Origin: Nitrospina sp. LS_NOB | GTDB taxonomy: Bacteria > Nitrospinota > Nitrospinia > Nitrospinales > VA-1 | Length of the DNA stretch: 64,000 nucleotides | Reading direction: 5' to 3' | Assembly: GCA_001542995.1 (NCBI GenBank) | Contig: LFLA01000021.1 | Location: 324,875-388,874, forward strand | Part shown: in pieces, positions 37,368 through 46,793 of the stretch | Position numbering within the stretch: position 1 is the stretch's first letter | Layout of the letters: each line of letters opens with the position of its first letter | Position numbers and translations under genes: made by a program | Notes under the pieces: model-generated | Told to the model about the DNA's origin: nothing | The model's database searches: none | What the model saw: the letters and a program-made list of their open reading frames with translations, nothing else

Positions 37368-39071
37368 ATGAAAATATCCAAGGAATTGCTAGAGCAAATG
37401 GAAAATGATGATAAAGAGGAACAGGAGGAGCTAACCGCAACCCAGATCGCCGCCTATGAAGAGATGGAAGGCTATTTTAACGAGAGTCTTGGCCGCTTTA
37501 AAGCGTCGCAGATCATCATGGGAAAGGTGATCGCCATTTCCAACGGACTAGCCACCATCGATGTCGGCTTTAAATCAGAAGGCATGGTCTCGCTTTCCGA
37601 ATTCCCTGAAAACGGCAAGAACCTACAGCTTGATGAAGAGGTTGAGGTCTATCTTGAGAAGGTTGAGGACAACAATGGCAATGTAGTCCTGTCCAAAGAA
37701 AAAGCCAATAAAATTAAAATCTGGGATGACCTGGTTCAAACTTATGAAGCGGATAAAACCATTCAGGGTACTGTTGTGGCCAAAGCCAAGGGCGGACTGA
37801 CCGTCGATATCGGCCTGAAAGCCTTCCTGCCTGGTTCCCAGATCGACCTTCGCCCGATTCGCAATCTGGAAAAACTACTGGGCGAAAAATTCGACATGAA
37901 AATCATTAAGATGAATAAAAAACGCGGCAATATTGTCCTGTCGCGAAGAATTCTCCTTGAAGAACAACGCAAACAGATTCGCGAAGGCACTCTGGAGAAA
38001 ATGAGTGAAGGCAGCCTCATTGAAGGTATCGTTAAAAATATCACCGAGTACGGAGTGTTCATCGACCTGGGCGGAATTGATGGTCTGCTTCATATCACCG
38101 ACATGTCATGGGGCCGGGTCAACCATCCCTCCGAAATGTTTTCCATTGGTGACAAAGTCACGGTCATGGTTCTCAAGTACGATAAAGAAAAAGAGCGCGT
38201 CTCGCTCGGTCTCAAACAAACCAGTGCCGACCCATGGGTGGATGTCGATTCCAAATACCCGGTCAGCACCCAAATTAAGGGACGGGTGGTCAGCATCACC
38301 GACTATGGCGTGTTTGTAGAACTTGAAAAAGGCATTGAAGGGCTGGTCCACATTTCCGAAATGAGCTGGAGCCGTCACGTCAAACACCCGAGCAAAATGG
38401 TTTCGATCGGAGATGAAGTGGAAGCCATTGTGCTGACCCTCGATAAAGAGAAAAAACGGATTTCTCTCGGCATGAAACAAATCGAGCCCAACCCGTGGGA
38501 AAAAATTGAAGACAAATATCCCATTGGTTCTGAAGTTGAGGGCACGGTTCGTAACCTGACCGACTTTGGCGCCTTTGTGGAACTGGAAGACGGCGTGGAT
38601 GGGCTGATCCATATTTCCGATTTGAGTTGGAAAAAAATCAAACATCCTTCTGAAGTCCTGAAGAAAAAGGACAGAGTCACATCAGCCGTGCTCAGCATCG
38701 ACAAGGAAAACTGCCGCATCTCTCTTGGGGTTAAACAATTGCAACCCGACCCCTGGGATGATATCGCAGCCAACTATCCTATCGGCACCGAAGTCACCGG
38801 CAAGATCATCAAAGTGACAGGATTCGGAGCGTTCGCAGAATTTGGCGACGGATTAGAAGGCCTGATCCATGTTTCGCAACTCAGTTCTGAAAAAATTACA
38901 GATCCTGAATCTGCGGTGAAGGTGGACGATGACATCAAAGCAAAAGTGATCAAAGTGGATACCTCTAACAAAAAGATCGCTTTAAGCATTAAAGCCCATA
39001 TGGAAAAACTCGACATTTCGCAGATCGAAAAAGAACAGGTAGATCTGGAAGGCTTTAAAGAAGAAGAGTAA
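37368..39071 (+). CDS. rpsA: 30S ribosomal protein S1
   Basis: Six S1/OB repeats (GxVxxItxxGaFVdLgg.dGLlHiSe). AGGAGG RBS. Confidence 0.95.
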   Translation: MKISKELLEQMENDDKEEQEELTATQIAAYEEMEGYFNESLGRFKASQIIMGKVIAISNGLATIDVGFKSEGMVSLSEFPENGKNLQLDEEVEVYLEKVEDNNGNVVLSKEKANKIKIWDDLVQTYEADKTIQGTVVAKAKGGLTVDIGLKAFLPGSQIDLRPIRNLEKLLGEKFDMKIIKMNKKRGNIVLSRRILLEEQRKQIREGTLEKMSEGSLIEGIVKNITEYGVFIDLGGIDGLLHITDMSWGRVNHPSEMFSIGDKVTVMVLKYDKEKERVSLGLKQTSADPWVDVDSKYPVSTQIKGRVVSITDYGVFVELEKGIEGLVHISEMSWSRHVKHPSKMVSIGDEVEAIVLTLDKEKKRISLGMKQIEPNPWEKIEDKYPIGSEVEGTVRNLTDFGAFVELEDGVDGLIHISDLSWKKIKHPSEVLKKKDRVTSAVLSIDKENCRISLGVKQLQPDPWDDIAANYPIGTEVTGKIIKVTGFGAFAEFGDGLEGLIHVSQLSSEKITDPESAVKVDDDIKAKVIKVDTSNKKIALSIKAHMEKLDISQIEKEQVDLEGFKEEE

Positions 39072-39081
39072 AACCTGAAAA

Positions 39082-39107
39082 ATTCTGGACCCGAAAGGGT
39101 CCAGAAT
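39082..39107 (+). other. perfect 11-bp stem / GAAA tetraloop hairpin between rpsA and sppA
   Basis: attctggaccc-gaaa-gggtccagaat. No U-tract. Ends 7 nt before the sppA ATG. Confidence 0.6.
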
Positions 39108-39114
39108 CTTGAAA

Positions 39115-40014
39115 ATGGAACCTACGACTCAACCTAAACGATCTTTCTTCAAATCTTTTATGCGGTTTGCGGCAGGGCTTTTTGTCTTGATGATATTGAT
39201 AAGCATCGGCTCTGCCCTGTTGCCGGATCGTTGGAAATCCCCTTCCGGCGAAATCGCCCTGATCCACGTTCAGGGAGTGCTGATGAATTCCCGGGACATT
39301 GTCCGCCAGCTCTCCGACTATCGCCACAATCCGAAAGTGCGGGGCATCATCCTGCGCATTAATTCTCCAGGCGGAGCGGTTGCACCGGCACAGGAGATTT
39401 ACAGCGAAATCATGAAACTCCGGGCCGATCATAAAACGGTTTATGCCTCCATGGGAACGGTGGCGGCCTCGGGTGGATATTATATTGCCTGCGCGGCCGA
39501 TTACGTACTGGCTAATCCCGGTACCCTAACGGGGAGCATATCTGCCGTGATGGCTTTTAATAACATTGAGGAACTGACAAAGAAAATTGGCGTTAAACCC
39601 AATATCATTAAGAGCGGTAAATTCAAAGACATGGGTTCCCCCCTGCGAGCCATGAGCCCAGAGGAACAAAAACTTTTGCAAGATGTCGTGGACGATGTGC
39701 ACCAACAATTTGTGCAGGCTATCGCGAAAGGCCGAAACCTGCCCGTTGCCCAGGTTCATAAGATTGCTGATGGAAGGATCATGACCGGCCAGCAGGCTCT
39801 TGAGCTCAAACTGATTGATGAGGTGGGCGGGCTCGAAAAAACCATCGAACTGCTGGCAAAAAAGCTCGGTATCAAAGGAAGGCCTGAAGTCATTGAACAA
39901 AAAGAAAAAATTCCTTTCCTCGACTGGCTTCTGCAAAGTTCGCTCGCCAGTGAACTGGCAGAAACCTTAATGCCATCCTCCTACCCCCGCTTGCAATATC
40001 TTTGGTTTCCATGA
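39115..40014 (+). CDS. sppA: signal peptide peptidase SppA (36K type, S49)
   Basis: TM anchor, NSPGG, nucleophile region GTVAASGGYYIACAAD, KSGKFKD. ATG 39115 lies 2 codons inside the TTG track start. Confidence 0.88.
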   Translation: MEPTTQPKRSFFKSFMRFAAGLFVLMILISIGSALLPDRWKSPSGEIALIHVQGVLMNSRDIVRQLSDYRHNPKVRGIILRINSPGGAVAPAQEIYSEIMKLRADHKTVYASMGTVAASGGYYIACAADYVLANPGTLTGSISAVMAFNNIEELTKKIGVKPNIIKSGKFKDMGSPLRAMSPEEQKLLQDVVDDVHQQFVQAIAKGRNLPVAQVHKIADGRIMTGQQALELKLIDEVGGLEKTIELLAKKLGIKGRPEVIEQKEKIPFLDWLLQSSLASELAETLMPSSYPRLQYLWFP

Positions 40015-40171
40015 AAAAACAATGAGCTATGGCACTTGCGCCGCACAGAAAAACTAAAATACCCTCCCCCAGTCAGGTCATGCGACCGCGTTAATCCAGA
40101 CTCCTGAAGGGGGACTTTTCAAGCGCAAAACCGGGGCCTTAAAACCGGGTAAACCCATTAAAATATTGGGC

Positions 40172-40199
40172 TTGACTTAATTCCACCTAATGCTATACT
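40172..40199 (+). promoter_or_regulatory. sigma70-type promoter (TTGACT-16 nt-TATACT) for the IHF/HU gene
   Basis: TTGACT 40172-40177, TATACT 40194-40199. Followed by leader hairpin cttctg...cagaag. Confidence 0.45.
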
Positions 40200-40257
40200 T
40201 CTGCGATTCTTATTTCAGAAGCAGTTAAAATGTTTACCGGTGGGGGGAGATTTTTTA

Positions 40258-40560
40258 ATGACTAAAGCGGAGCTTGTTGAAAGAGTGGCCAACCAGATCA
40301 ACCTGACGAAGAAACAGACCGAGGTCGTGGTGAATACTGTTTTTTCTAGCATTACTGAATCGTTGGCAGAAGGAAAAAAAGTCGAATTGAGAGGGTTTGG
40401 AAGTTTCCGAATCCGGCAAAGAAATGCCAGGGTTGGACGCAATCCCAAGTCTGGGCAAAAAGTGGAGGTTCCCTCTAAAAAAGTGCCTTTTTTCAAGGCC
40501 GGAAAAGAGTTGAGGGAACTGGTGGACAAGCACGAAAAAGCTCAAGAGGTAGAGTCCTAA
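40258..40560 (+). CDS. IHF/HU-family DNA-bending protein (IHF beta-like)
   Basis: MTKAELVERVANQ...LRGFGSFRIRQRNARVGRNPKSGQKVEVPSKKVPFFKAG. GGGGGAG RBS before ATG 40258. The cmk-rpsA-...-ihf neighbourhood is as in many bacteria. Confidence 0.85.
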   Translation: MTKAELVERVANQINLTKKQTEVVVNTVFSSITESLAEGKKVELRGFGSFRIRQRNARVGRNPKSGQKVEVPSKKVPFFKAGKELRELVDKHEKAQEVES

Positions 40561-40762
40561 AAGGGATTTTAAAGTTAAAATCCCCCACCTCATTCGTATA
40601 AAACCGGGGCCACTGCGTCCTCTGGCGCCCACACCGCACCCCTTCCCCACCCAAAAACAATTAGTCTTTAGTTTTCAATAACTTCATCCCAGGAATACGC
40701 GAGTGAACGTTCTGTTACCCAGTCGGGCCTTAACAGAAAGAGTTACATTCAGCCTATAATTT

Positions 40763-41833
40763 ATGTCTGGAAGCACGTTCGGAAAACATTTTAAAATTAC
40801 CACCTGGGGCGAGTCTCATGGTGATGGCGTCGGGGTTGTCGTGGAAGGTTGCCCGGCCGGATTGCCCCTCAAAGAATCTGATATCCAAAAAGATCTGGAC
40901 CGGCGACGAACCGGCCAAAGCAAAGTCACTACCACCCGCAAGGAAGGCGACAAAATCCAAATCATGTCCGGTGTCTTTAAGGGCAAGACCACCGGTACGC
41001 CTATTTCCATGCGCGTCGATAACAAAGATGCCGATTCCTCAAAATATGAATTGATCAAACACCTGTACCGTCCCGGTCACGCGGACTACACCTATGATGC
41101 GAAATACGGCTTTCGCGATTACCGGGGTGGAGGACGGTCCAGCGCACGGGAAACTGTAGGCCGAGTGGCCGCAGGGGCCATCGCTAAAAAACTTTTAGCC
41201 CGCGATAAAATCACCATCACCGGGTTCACCCGGCAGATCGGGCACCACACAGCAACAACCGTAAACTTCAAGGAAATAGAAAAAAATATTGTGCGTTGTC
41301 CGGATGCGAAAACCGCCGAAAAAATGGTGGCCGCCATCATGCAGGCACGTAAAAACGGCGACTCGCTGGGAGGTATCGTCGAAGTGATTGCCAAAGGAGT
41401 GCCTGCCGGATTGGGAGAACCCGTCTTCGACAGACTGGATGCCGACCTGGCCAAGGCGGTCATGAGCATCCCTGCGGTAAAAGGAATGGAAATTGGCGCA
41501 GGGTTCCAAACCGCCACCATGACCGGCTCGGAGTGTAATGATGTCTTTGTCACAAAAAACAAAAAGGTGATGACCACAACCAATAACGCCGGGGGGATTC
41601 TCGGTGGCATTTCCAATGGCATGGATATCGTTGTCAAATTGGTGGTGAAACCAACTTCATCGATCAACAAGACGCAAGAAACCATCACCCAAGAAGGAAA
41701 AAAATCTGAAATCCGCGTTGAGGGCCGACACGATCCCTGCGTCGCCCCAAGAGCCGTTCCTATTGCCGAGGCCATGGTCGCCCTGACCCTGATTGACCAT
41801 CTGCTGAGAAACAAAACTTCCCGGCTGACCTGA
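40763..41833 (+). CDS. aroC: chorismate synthase
   Basis: MSGSTFGKHFKITTWGESHG..., RPGHADYTY, GGGRSSARET. Confidence 0.95.
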   Translation: MSGSTFGKHFKITTWGESHGDGVGVVVEGCPAGLPLKESDIQKDLDRRRTGQSKVTTTRKEGDKIQIMSGVFKGKTTGTPISMRVDNKDADSSKYELIKHLYRPGHADYTYDAKYGFRDYRGGGRSSARETVGRVAAGAIAKKLLARDKITITGFTRQIGHHTATTVNFKEIEKNIVRCPDAKTAEKMVAAIMQARKNGDSLGGIVEVIAKGVPAGLGEPVFDRLDADLAKAVMSIPAVKGMEIGAGFQTATMTGSECNDVFVTKNKKVMTTTNNAGGILGGISNGMDIVVKLVVKPTSSINKTQETITQEGKKSEIRVEGRHDPCVAPRAVPIAEAMVALTLIDHLLRNKTSRLT

Positions 41834-41845
41834 CCCGAACCCACT

Positions 41846-42643
41846 ATGAGAGTTGGATTCGTTCAAAACAAACCCATTTTTGCAGGCGTTCAGGATAACC
41901 TTGACCGGATTGAAGAACTTCTTAAAGGTCAGAGTGCTGACCTGTTTGTCCTGCCCGAACTTTTTGCCACCGGCTATCAGTTCAAAGATATGGAAGAGTC
42001 GCGTAGCCTGGCGGAACCAGTTCCAGGAGGACTCACCACCAGCGCGCTGACCGCCATCGCCAAGAAAACCAATGCCACTATCATCGCCGGTCTTGCCGAG
42101 ATCGAAGACGATCAGGTCTACAATTCCGCCGTTATCACGGGACCGAATGGATATATCGGAAAGTATCGCAAGCTCCATCTCTTTGATACGGAAAAGGACT
42201 GCTTCCAACAAGGCAACTTGCCGCTCAAGCTTTTTGATATCGCCGGCGCAAAAGTAGGAGTCATGATTTGTTTCGACTGGCGCTTTCCCGAAACCGCCCG
42301 ATCCCTTGCGCTGATGGGAGCGGATCTGATCGCTCATCCCTCCAACCTGGTCCTGACCCACTGTCCGCAGGCCATGATCACCCGTTGCCTGGAAAACCGT
42401 GTCTTCGCTGTCACCGCCGACCGGGTGGGAATGGAAGATCGTTTAGAGGAAGAACCTCTTAACTTCATGGGCCAGAGTCAGGTGATAGACCCCAACGGTA
42501 ATATTTTGGTCCGGGCCTCGATGACCGATGAAGAAGTACATGTGGTCCAGTTAGACCTCAGTCTAGCCCGCGACAAATTCCTCAACCCCCGCAACCACAT
42601 TTTCAATGACCGCCGCACAGACCTCTACCCCCCCCCCTCTTAA
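41846..42643 (+). CDS. carbon-nitrogen hydrolase (nitrilase superfamily)
   Basis: Catalytic triad contexts VLPELF (E), YRKLHLF (K), VMICFDWRFPE (C). Confidence 0.85.
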   Translation: MRVGFVQNKPIFAGVQDNLDRIEELLKGQSADLFVLPELFATGYQFKDMEESRSLAEPVPGGLTTSALTAIAKKTNATIIAGLAEIEDDQVYNSAVITGPNGYIGKYRKLHLFDTEKDCFQQGNLPLKLFDIAGAKVGVMICFDWRFPETARSLALMGADLIAHPSNLVLTHCPQAMITRCLENRVFAVTADRVGMEDRLEEEPLNFMGQSQVIDPNGNILVRASMTDEEVHVVQLDLSLARDKFLNPRNHIFNDRRTDLYPPPS

Positions 42644-42769
42644 TAGATAACAATGGCCCCACTTTGAAATAACCTCACCATAGGTTAAAATAGGGCTACA
42701 GTTTAATCGAAAAATATTACATATCATCCATCAGCATTCACTGCTTGCTGATTATTTGAGAGGAATAGA

Positions 42770-43198
42770 ATGGGTAACGAAAAGTCACGGTTTTTAAAAA
42801 GAGACGATGGAACTATTTACGATTCTCTGACCAGCGTCACTTGGATGGCGAACGACTCACGGTTGGATCTGGATAAAGAAGTCTCTTATTCGGAAACGGA
42901 AGAATACGTAAAATCAATGAACGAAAAGAAAGTGGGCGGATATGCGGACTGGCGTCTCCCTTCCATCCATGAGGCATCCTCCATTTATGATAAGGAAAAG
43001 CTGAATAAAGATTTCAAGGGTGCCGACATTCATCTCGACTCTGTGTTTCCTCCCGGTGCGGGCAACTGCACATGGACTTCAGCCACTCGCGGCAAGGAAG
43101 CACAAATCCTTTTCTACATGAATGGCTGCGCCTACTGGTACGGTAAGGAGGACAAAACCATTTCCCACGGTGCACGCCTCGTCCGCCGCGATAACTAG
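42770..43198 (+). CDS. DUF1566 (Lcl C-terminal-like) domain protein
   Basis: TWMANDS..., GYADWRLPSIHEASSIY, CTWTSAT..., HGARLVRR. Stop TAG within a CTAG that starts a repeat. Confidence 0.65.
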   Translation: MGNEKSRFLKRDDGTIYDSLTSVTWMANDSRLDLDKEVSYSETEEYVKSMNEKKVGGYADWRLPSIHEASSIYDKEKLNKDFKGADIHLDSVFPPGAGNCTWTSATRGKEAQILFYMNGCAYWYGKEDKTISHGARLVRRDN

Positions 43199-43520
43199 GC
43201 GTTAGGCCAATGAACAATGAGTCGTTGGGCTGTTTTTCATCTCTTGCCAGAGCTGAGTCCAGCGTCACGCTGGACAGCGGAGGTTCTCCGCCAATTAGCC
43301 ATTGAGACATTGAGACAATGTGCAATTTCCCGTTGAGCCGAAATAACTATTGCCAGCTGTGAAAAACTTTAAAAGGTACCAGCGGAGGTTCTCCGCCAAC
43401 TAGGCGTTAGGCCAACTAGCAATAAGGTGTTTGACCGACAAACTTCTTCTCGGCTTGAATAGGTTTTACCCAATTCTTCCCTCCCTTCATAGGGAGGGAC
43501 TGAGGGAGGGTTGGCTTTTT
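43195..43520. repeat. intergenic repeat cluster
   Basis: CTAGgcgttaggccaa at 43195 and 43400. agcggaggttctccgccaa at 43274 and 43380. R6 hairpin gtccagcgtcacgctggac 43257..43275. R5-like CTAGcaataagg...tcttctcggcttgaa 43416..43459. ccctccct-tcat-agggaggg hairpin 43479-43498, followed by gagggagggttggcttttt. Confidence 0.75.
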
Positions 43521-44582
43521 ATGACTTATAACAAGAAAAGAAAATTTAAATTCTTTCTATGTTTCGTTTTGATATTTTTAATCTGCACCCCTCGCACTAG
43601 CCTGGCGAAATGCCCCACAAGAATGGGTTCCATTTTTACCCCGGACCATTTTTCAGTGATCACGCGCAGGGGCTCGGTCACCAAATTCCCAGAAAATACT
43701 ATTCCAGCTTTCCAGGAGGCGTTGAACGTGGATGGCGCCAACTCTCTCGAAGTCGACCTGTCTATGACCAAGGATAGAAAAATTGTTCTCTGGCACGATT
43801 GGGATCCGAACAGTCCAATGGCACTGATCAGGCAGGAGAAGGGTGGGCCGGTTGAAAAATTCAAGCCCTCCGGCCCCTCGTTAGGGGAGTCAAGATGGAG
43901 AAAAAAAGTAAGCAAACTCACTTTGGCCGAATTTATAGAACACTACGGATATGAGGATAAAATCACTAACACCAAATCGGATGTTAAGATCCCAACCCTG
44001 CAGGATTTAATGGAATGGGCCACACAGCAGGATAAACTCAAGCTGGTGTTATTGAAGTTAAAGATTCCAGCGAATGAAAGCCACTTAGCCCCGATTATGC
44101 TCAAAAAAATAAGGCTGGTTATTGGCAGCATTGATCCAGCCCCCCGATTTCAATTCATACTGTCAACACCGCATAAAGAAGTTTTAAATCTGATCAGAAA
44201 TCGATTTGATGAATTTTCATTTTCTTATGACCGGGAAATCCCCCCTGTTGGAATCATAAATTATCACGGCTTTACATCTGTTCCCGCTGCCATGGACTTT
44301 AAAAACAGCTTTGCGGGTATCGGGCTCCTCACTCATGCTGGCCTTCCTGACTCCTCAACCCCGGACCCATGGCTGACCTACAAATATGTCTTAACGCTCG
44401 ACTTTAAAATTCGTGATGGCTACAAAAAAAGCACTTCCAATTATATTAAAATTATCAGCCGGACCTTTAATGACGAGAAAAAAATGAGATGCCTGATTAA
44501 TCTGGGGGTCGATGGAATTGTGACGGACAAGCCTAAAATGCTACGCAGAATCGCATTGGATATGGGGAAAATTTTAGATTAA
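43521..44582 (+). CDS. secreted GDPD-like phosphodiesterase-family protein
   Basis: Signal peptide KFKFFLCFVLIFLICTPRTSLA. RRGSVTKFPENTIPAFQEALNVDGANSLEVDLSMTKDRKIVLWHDWD resembles the HRG..PENT...E.D...T.D...V..HD core, but with Arg where the first His is expected. ATG 43521 is preferred because the track's 30 extra codons are repeat sequence. Confidence 0.65.
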   Translation: MTYNKKRKFKFFLCFVLIFLICTPRTSLAKCPTRMGSIFTPDHFSVITRRGSVTKFPENTIPAFQEALNVDGANSLEVDLSMTKDRKIVLWHDWDPNSPMALIRQEKGGPVEKFKPSGPSLGESRWRKKVSKLTLAEFIEHYGYEDKITNTKSDVKIPTLQDLMEWATQQDKLKLVLLKLKIPANESHLAPIMLKKIRLVIGSIDPAPRFQFILSTPHKEVLNLIRNRFDEFSFSYDREIPPVGIINYHGFTSVPAAMDFKNSFAGIGLLTHAGLPDSSTPDPWLTYKYVLTLDFKIRDGYKKSTSNYIKIISRTFNDEKKMRCLINLGVDGIVTDKPKMLRRIALDMGKILD

Positions 44583-44651
44583 GAGGGCGAATTTTTATTT
44601 GTGCTATCTGCCTGCCCTGTCAAGGGCTCATGTACTTTGGGTTGTCAAGCA

Positions 44652-44918
44652 TCAGGCCGAAAGTAGGAGCTTTTTTTGGGCTGGCGGGTCAGGTTTGCGG
44701 TATATCTCGTGAAATGATTCAGTATCCAACGAATCATCCCTCAACCCGGCCAGTTGCTGCGGGGTGATGGCATTCATCGAATTTTCCGAAAACAGCGAAG
44801 TTCCGATTCCGGACCAATGCGAAGAACCAAAACCCTGGTGCACCAGATGGGTAGTGCCGAGTGAGTATTCCCCGGCTTTGGCAAGGAACGGGGTACGGCT
44901 AGTGGGCGGTTTTGACAT
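44652..44918 (-). CDS. hypothetical protein, paralogous to the C-terminal module of the upstream gene
   Basis: GEYSLGTTHLVHQGFGSSHWSGIGTSLFSE...ITPQQLAGLRDDSLDTESFHEIYRK aligns with MEYSTGVESLVQQQFVHTHWVGVGVTMFDE...VSAEQVQQLLKQDISDEEFHVLYRK in 44899..45471. ATG overlaps the upstream stop by 20 nt. Confidence 0.4.
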   Translation of the reverse strand: MSKPPTSRTPFLAKAGEYSLGTTHLVHQGFGSSHWSGIGTSLFSENSMNAITPQQLAGLRDDSLDTESFHEIYRKPDPPAQKKLLLSA

Positions 44919-45471
44919 TAGGCACCTTCAATCCAAAGTAGGGAACCAGTTCATTGGGCACCGACAATTTTCGGTACAGAACATGAAATTCCTCATCGGA
45001 AATATCCTGTTTCAGCAGTTGTTGAACCTGCTCGGCAGAAACGATCTGTTGCGAAGGTTCATCAAACATGGTGACGCCAACACCCACCCAATGGGTATGG
45101 ACAAACTGCTGCTGCACCAGACTCTCGACACCGGTGCTGTATTCCATGGATTTTTTGATGATATGCTGGGCGATATAGGCTGGAACGCATCGCCCCACCG
45201 CAATCACTTTTGAGGTCTCGCCCATGGGGTACACCCTCAAGGCCACGCGTGTGGAACCGATCTCAGCAAATTCCTTGAAGACCTGTTTTCTTTGTTTGCG
45301 ATAAGATTTGGAAATATAGCCCTCAATTTTGATACGTTTTTTATCGACAGGTTCACATTTTTCTTCGGCAAACACCGGAGCCACCATCCCTAAAACTATC
45401 AAAACAGGTAAACCCTGCATTCGGAACCGCTGCCATAACTTACTGAATTGCTGCTTTTTAAATTGCATCAT
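44899..45471 (-). CDS. hypothetical secreted protein
   Basis: Signal peptide LPVLIVLGMVAPVFA. ATG 45471 with AGGAAA/GGAG upstream is preferred to TTG 45501. Confidence 0.5.
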   Translation of the reverse strand: MMQFKKQQFSKLWQRFRMQGLPVLIVLGMVAPVFAEEKCEPVDKKRIKIEGYISKSYRKQRKQVFKEFAEIGSTRVALRVYPMGETSKVIAVGRCVPAYIAQHIIKKSMEYSTGVESLVQQQFVHTHWVGVGVTMFDEPSQQIVSAEQVQQLLKQDISDEEFHVLYRKLSVPNELVPYFGLKVPNVKTAH

Positions 45472-45544
45472 GAAATTTCCTGTTTCTCCGGTTTGAGACA
45501 AATCCTCTGTTATAATAGTTCGACCCCGATTGACCTTGCTCTAC

Positions 45545-45778
45545 CTATGGGGTCTTGTTAATGAATTCTTCAGCGCTTTGTTCGCTTGAAAAATAATATT
45601 CCTTGCCGTTGATGGTTTTTTTGATCGCCTCAGATTTCGGGATATACACCCCATTATTGGGGTCCATGACCATTTCTGTAGGTTCCTGTTCCGCGGATGG
45701 GCTTTTTGATGGGAAAATCGCGCGCGCGATAAAAATCAGCAGAACTACGGCAATTCCAAATAGTGCTAAACGGACCAT
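45545..45778 (-). CDS. small membrane-anchored protein (YHS-like C-terminal motif, no Cys)
   Basis: TM helix LALFGIAVVLLIFIARAIF, then ...INGKEYYFSSEQSAEEF, reminiscent of YHS-type domains. Confidence 0.4.
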   Translation of the reverse strand: MVRLALFGIAVVLLIFIARAIFPSKSPSAEQEPTEMVMDPNNGVYIPKSEAIKKTINGKEYYFSSEQSAEEFINKTP

Positions 45779-45864
45779 AGGGTTATTTTAAAGTTTTGCC
45801 GCACAAAATACAACCCGGCAGAAATTGGCAGGAACAGGCAATTTATTAAATCATACCTCAAACT

Positions 45865-46782
45865 ATGAACGACGAAACAACCACAGACAAGCCGGATAAA
45901 TCACGGTTGCCAGCGGTTCGGACCAAAGGTTCACTGGTCCCGCTCGACCCTTATTCTGCTTATCTTCAGGAAGTCCGTAAATACCCACTTCTGACGGAAG
46001 AGGAGGAGAAAGAGCTGGCCATCCGTTACAAAGAAACCGGTGATCTTGAGGCTGCCTATAAACTGACCACCGCCAACCTGATGCTGGTCATAAAAATTGC
46101 CATGACGTTCAAGCGCGAATGGCAGAACCTGATGGATTTGATTCAGGAAGGCAATGTTGGCCTGATGAAAGCGGTTAAAAATTTTGACCCCTTTCGCGGA
46201 GTACGTCTTTCTGCCTATGCCACCTGGTGGATCAAGTCATATATTCTGAAACATATTCTCGATAACTGGCGGCTGGTGCGTGTGGGCACCACCAACGCGC
46301 GGCGAAAACTATTGTTCAACCTGAAAAGGGAAAAGGAAAAGCTCGAGCAAGAGGGGTTTGACCCCACCACCAAACTGCTGGCCGAACGGTTTGGGGTTGA
46401 TGAAGGAGAAATCATCGATGTCTCTGCCAGCATCGGTGCGATGGATGTTTCCATCGACACCCCCACCCACCCCGACAGCACCATGACTCCAGCGCAAACT
46501 CTTACGGACGGGAAATCTGTTGAAGCCAATGCGGAGCTTAACCAGTTCCGGGAAATTCTCAATAAAAATATTGAAAGCTTTAAAACCGATTTGAACGCCA
46601 ATGAAATAGAAATTCTCAACCAGCGCGTTCTTTCCGAGGATCCTTTATCGCTGCAGGAAATTGGCGACCAGAGAGGAGTCACGCGAGAAGCTGTGCGCCA
46701 GGCCGAGCAAAGATTATTAAAAAAATTTAAAACTTTTATCGAAGAAAAAATGCCGGAAGCGGCAGACTATTTTAAAACCTGA
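45865..46782 (+). CDS. rpoH: RNA polymerase sigma-32 (heat-shock sigma factor)
   Basis: Region 2 [34 protein letters not shown]. RpoH-box-like [12 protein letters not shown]. Region 4 [27 protein letters not shown]. Confidence 0.9.
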   Translation: MNDETTTDKPDKSRLPAVRTKGSLVPLDPYSAYLQEVRKYPLLTEEEEKELAIRYKETGDLEAAYKLTTANLMLVIKIAMTFKREWQNLMDLIQEGNVGLMKAVKNFDPFRGVRLSAYATWWIKSYILKHILDNWRLVRVGTTNARRKLLFNLKREKEKLEQEGFDPTTKLLAERFGVDEGEIIDVSASIGAMDVSIDTPTHPDSTMTPAQTLTDGKSVEANAELNQFREILNKNIESFKTDLNANEIEILNQRVLSEDPLSLQEIGDQRGVTREAVRQAEQRLLKKFKTFIEEKMPEAADYFKT

Positions 46783-46793
46783 GGAGGAGCATT

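Noticed and set aside
40563-40584. Hairpin gggatttta..taaaatccc after the IHF/HU gene as a terminator
   Set aside because: The stem is AT-rich and no U-tract follows, so it is plausible but weak. Not reported as a feature.
45800-45864. Sigma-54 type promoter (TGGCAGgaacaGGCAA) upstream of rpoH
   Set aside because: The -12 element does not align (GC displaced by one position, no TTGC). Only the -24 GG fits.
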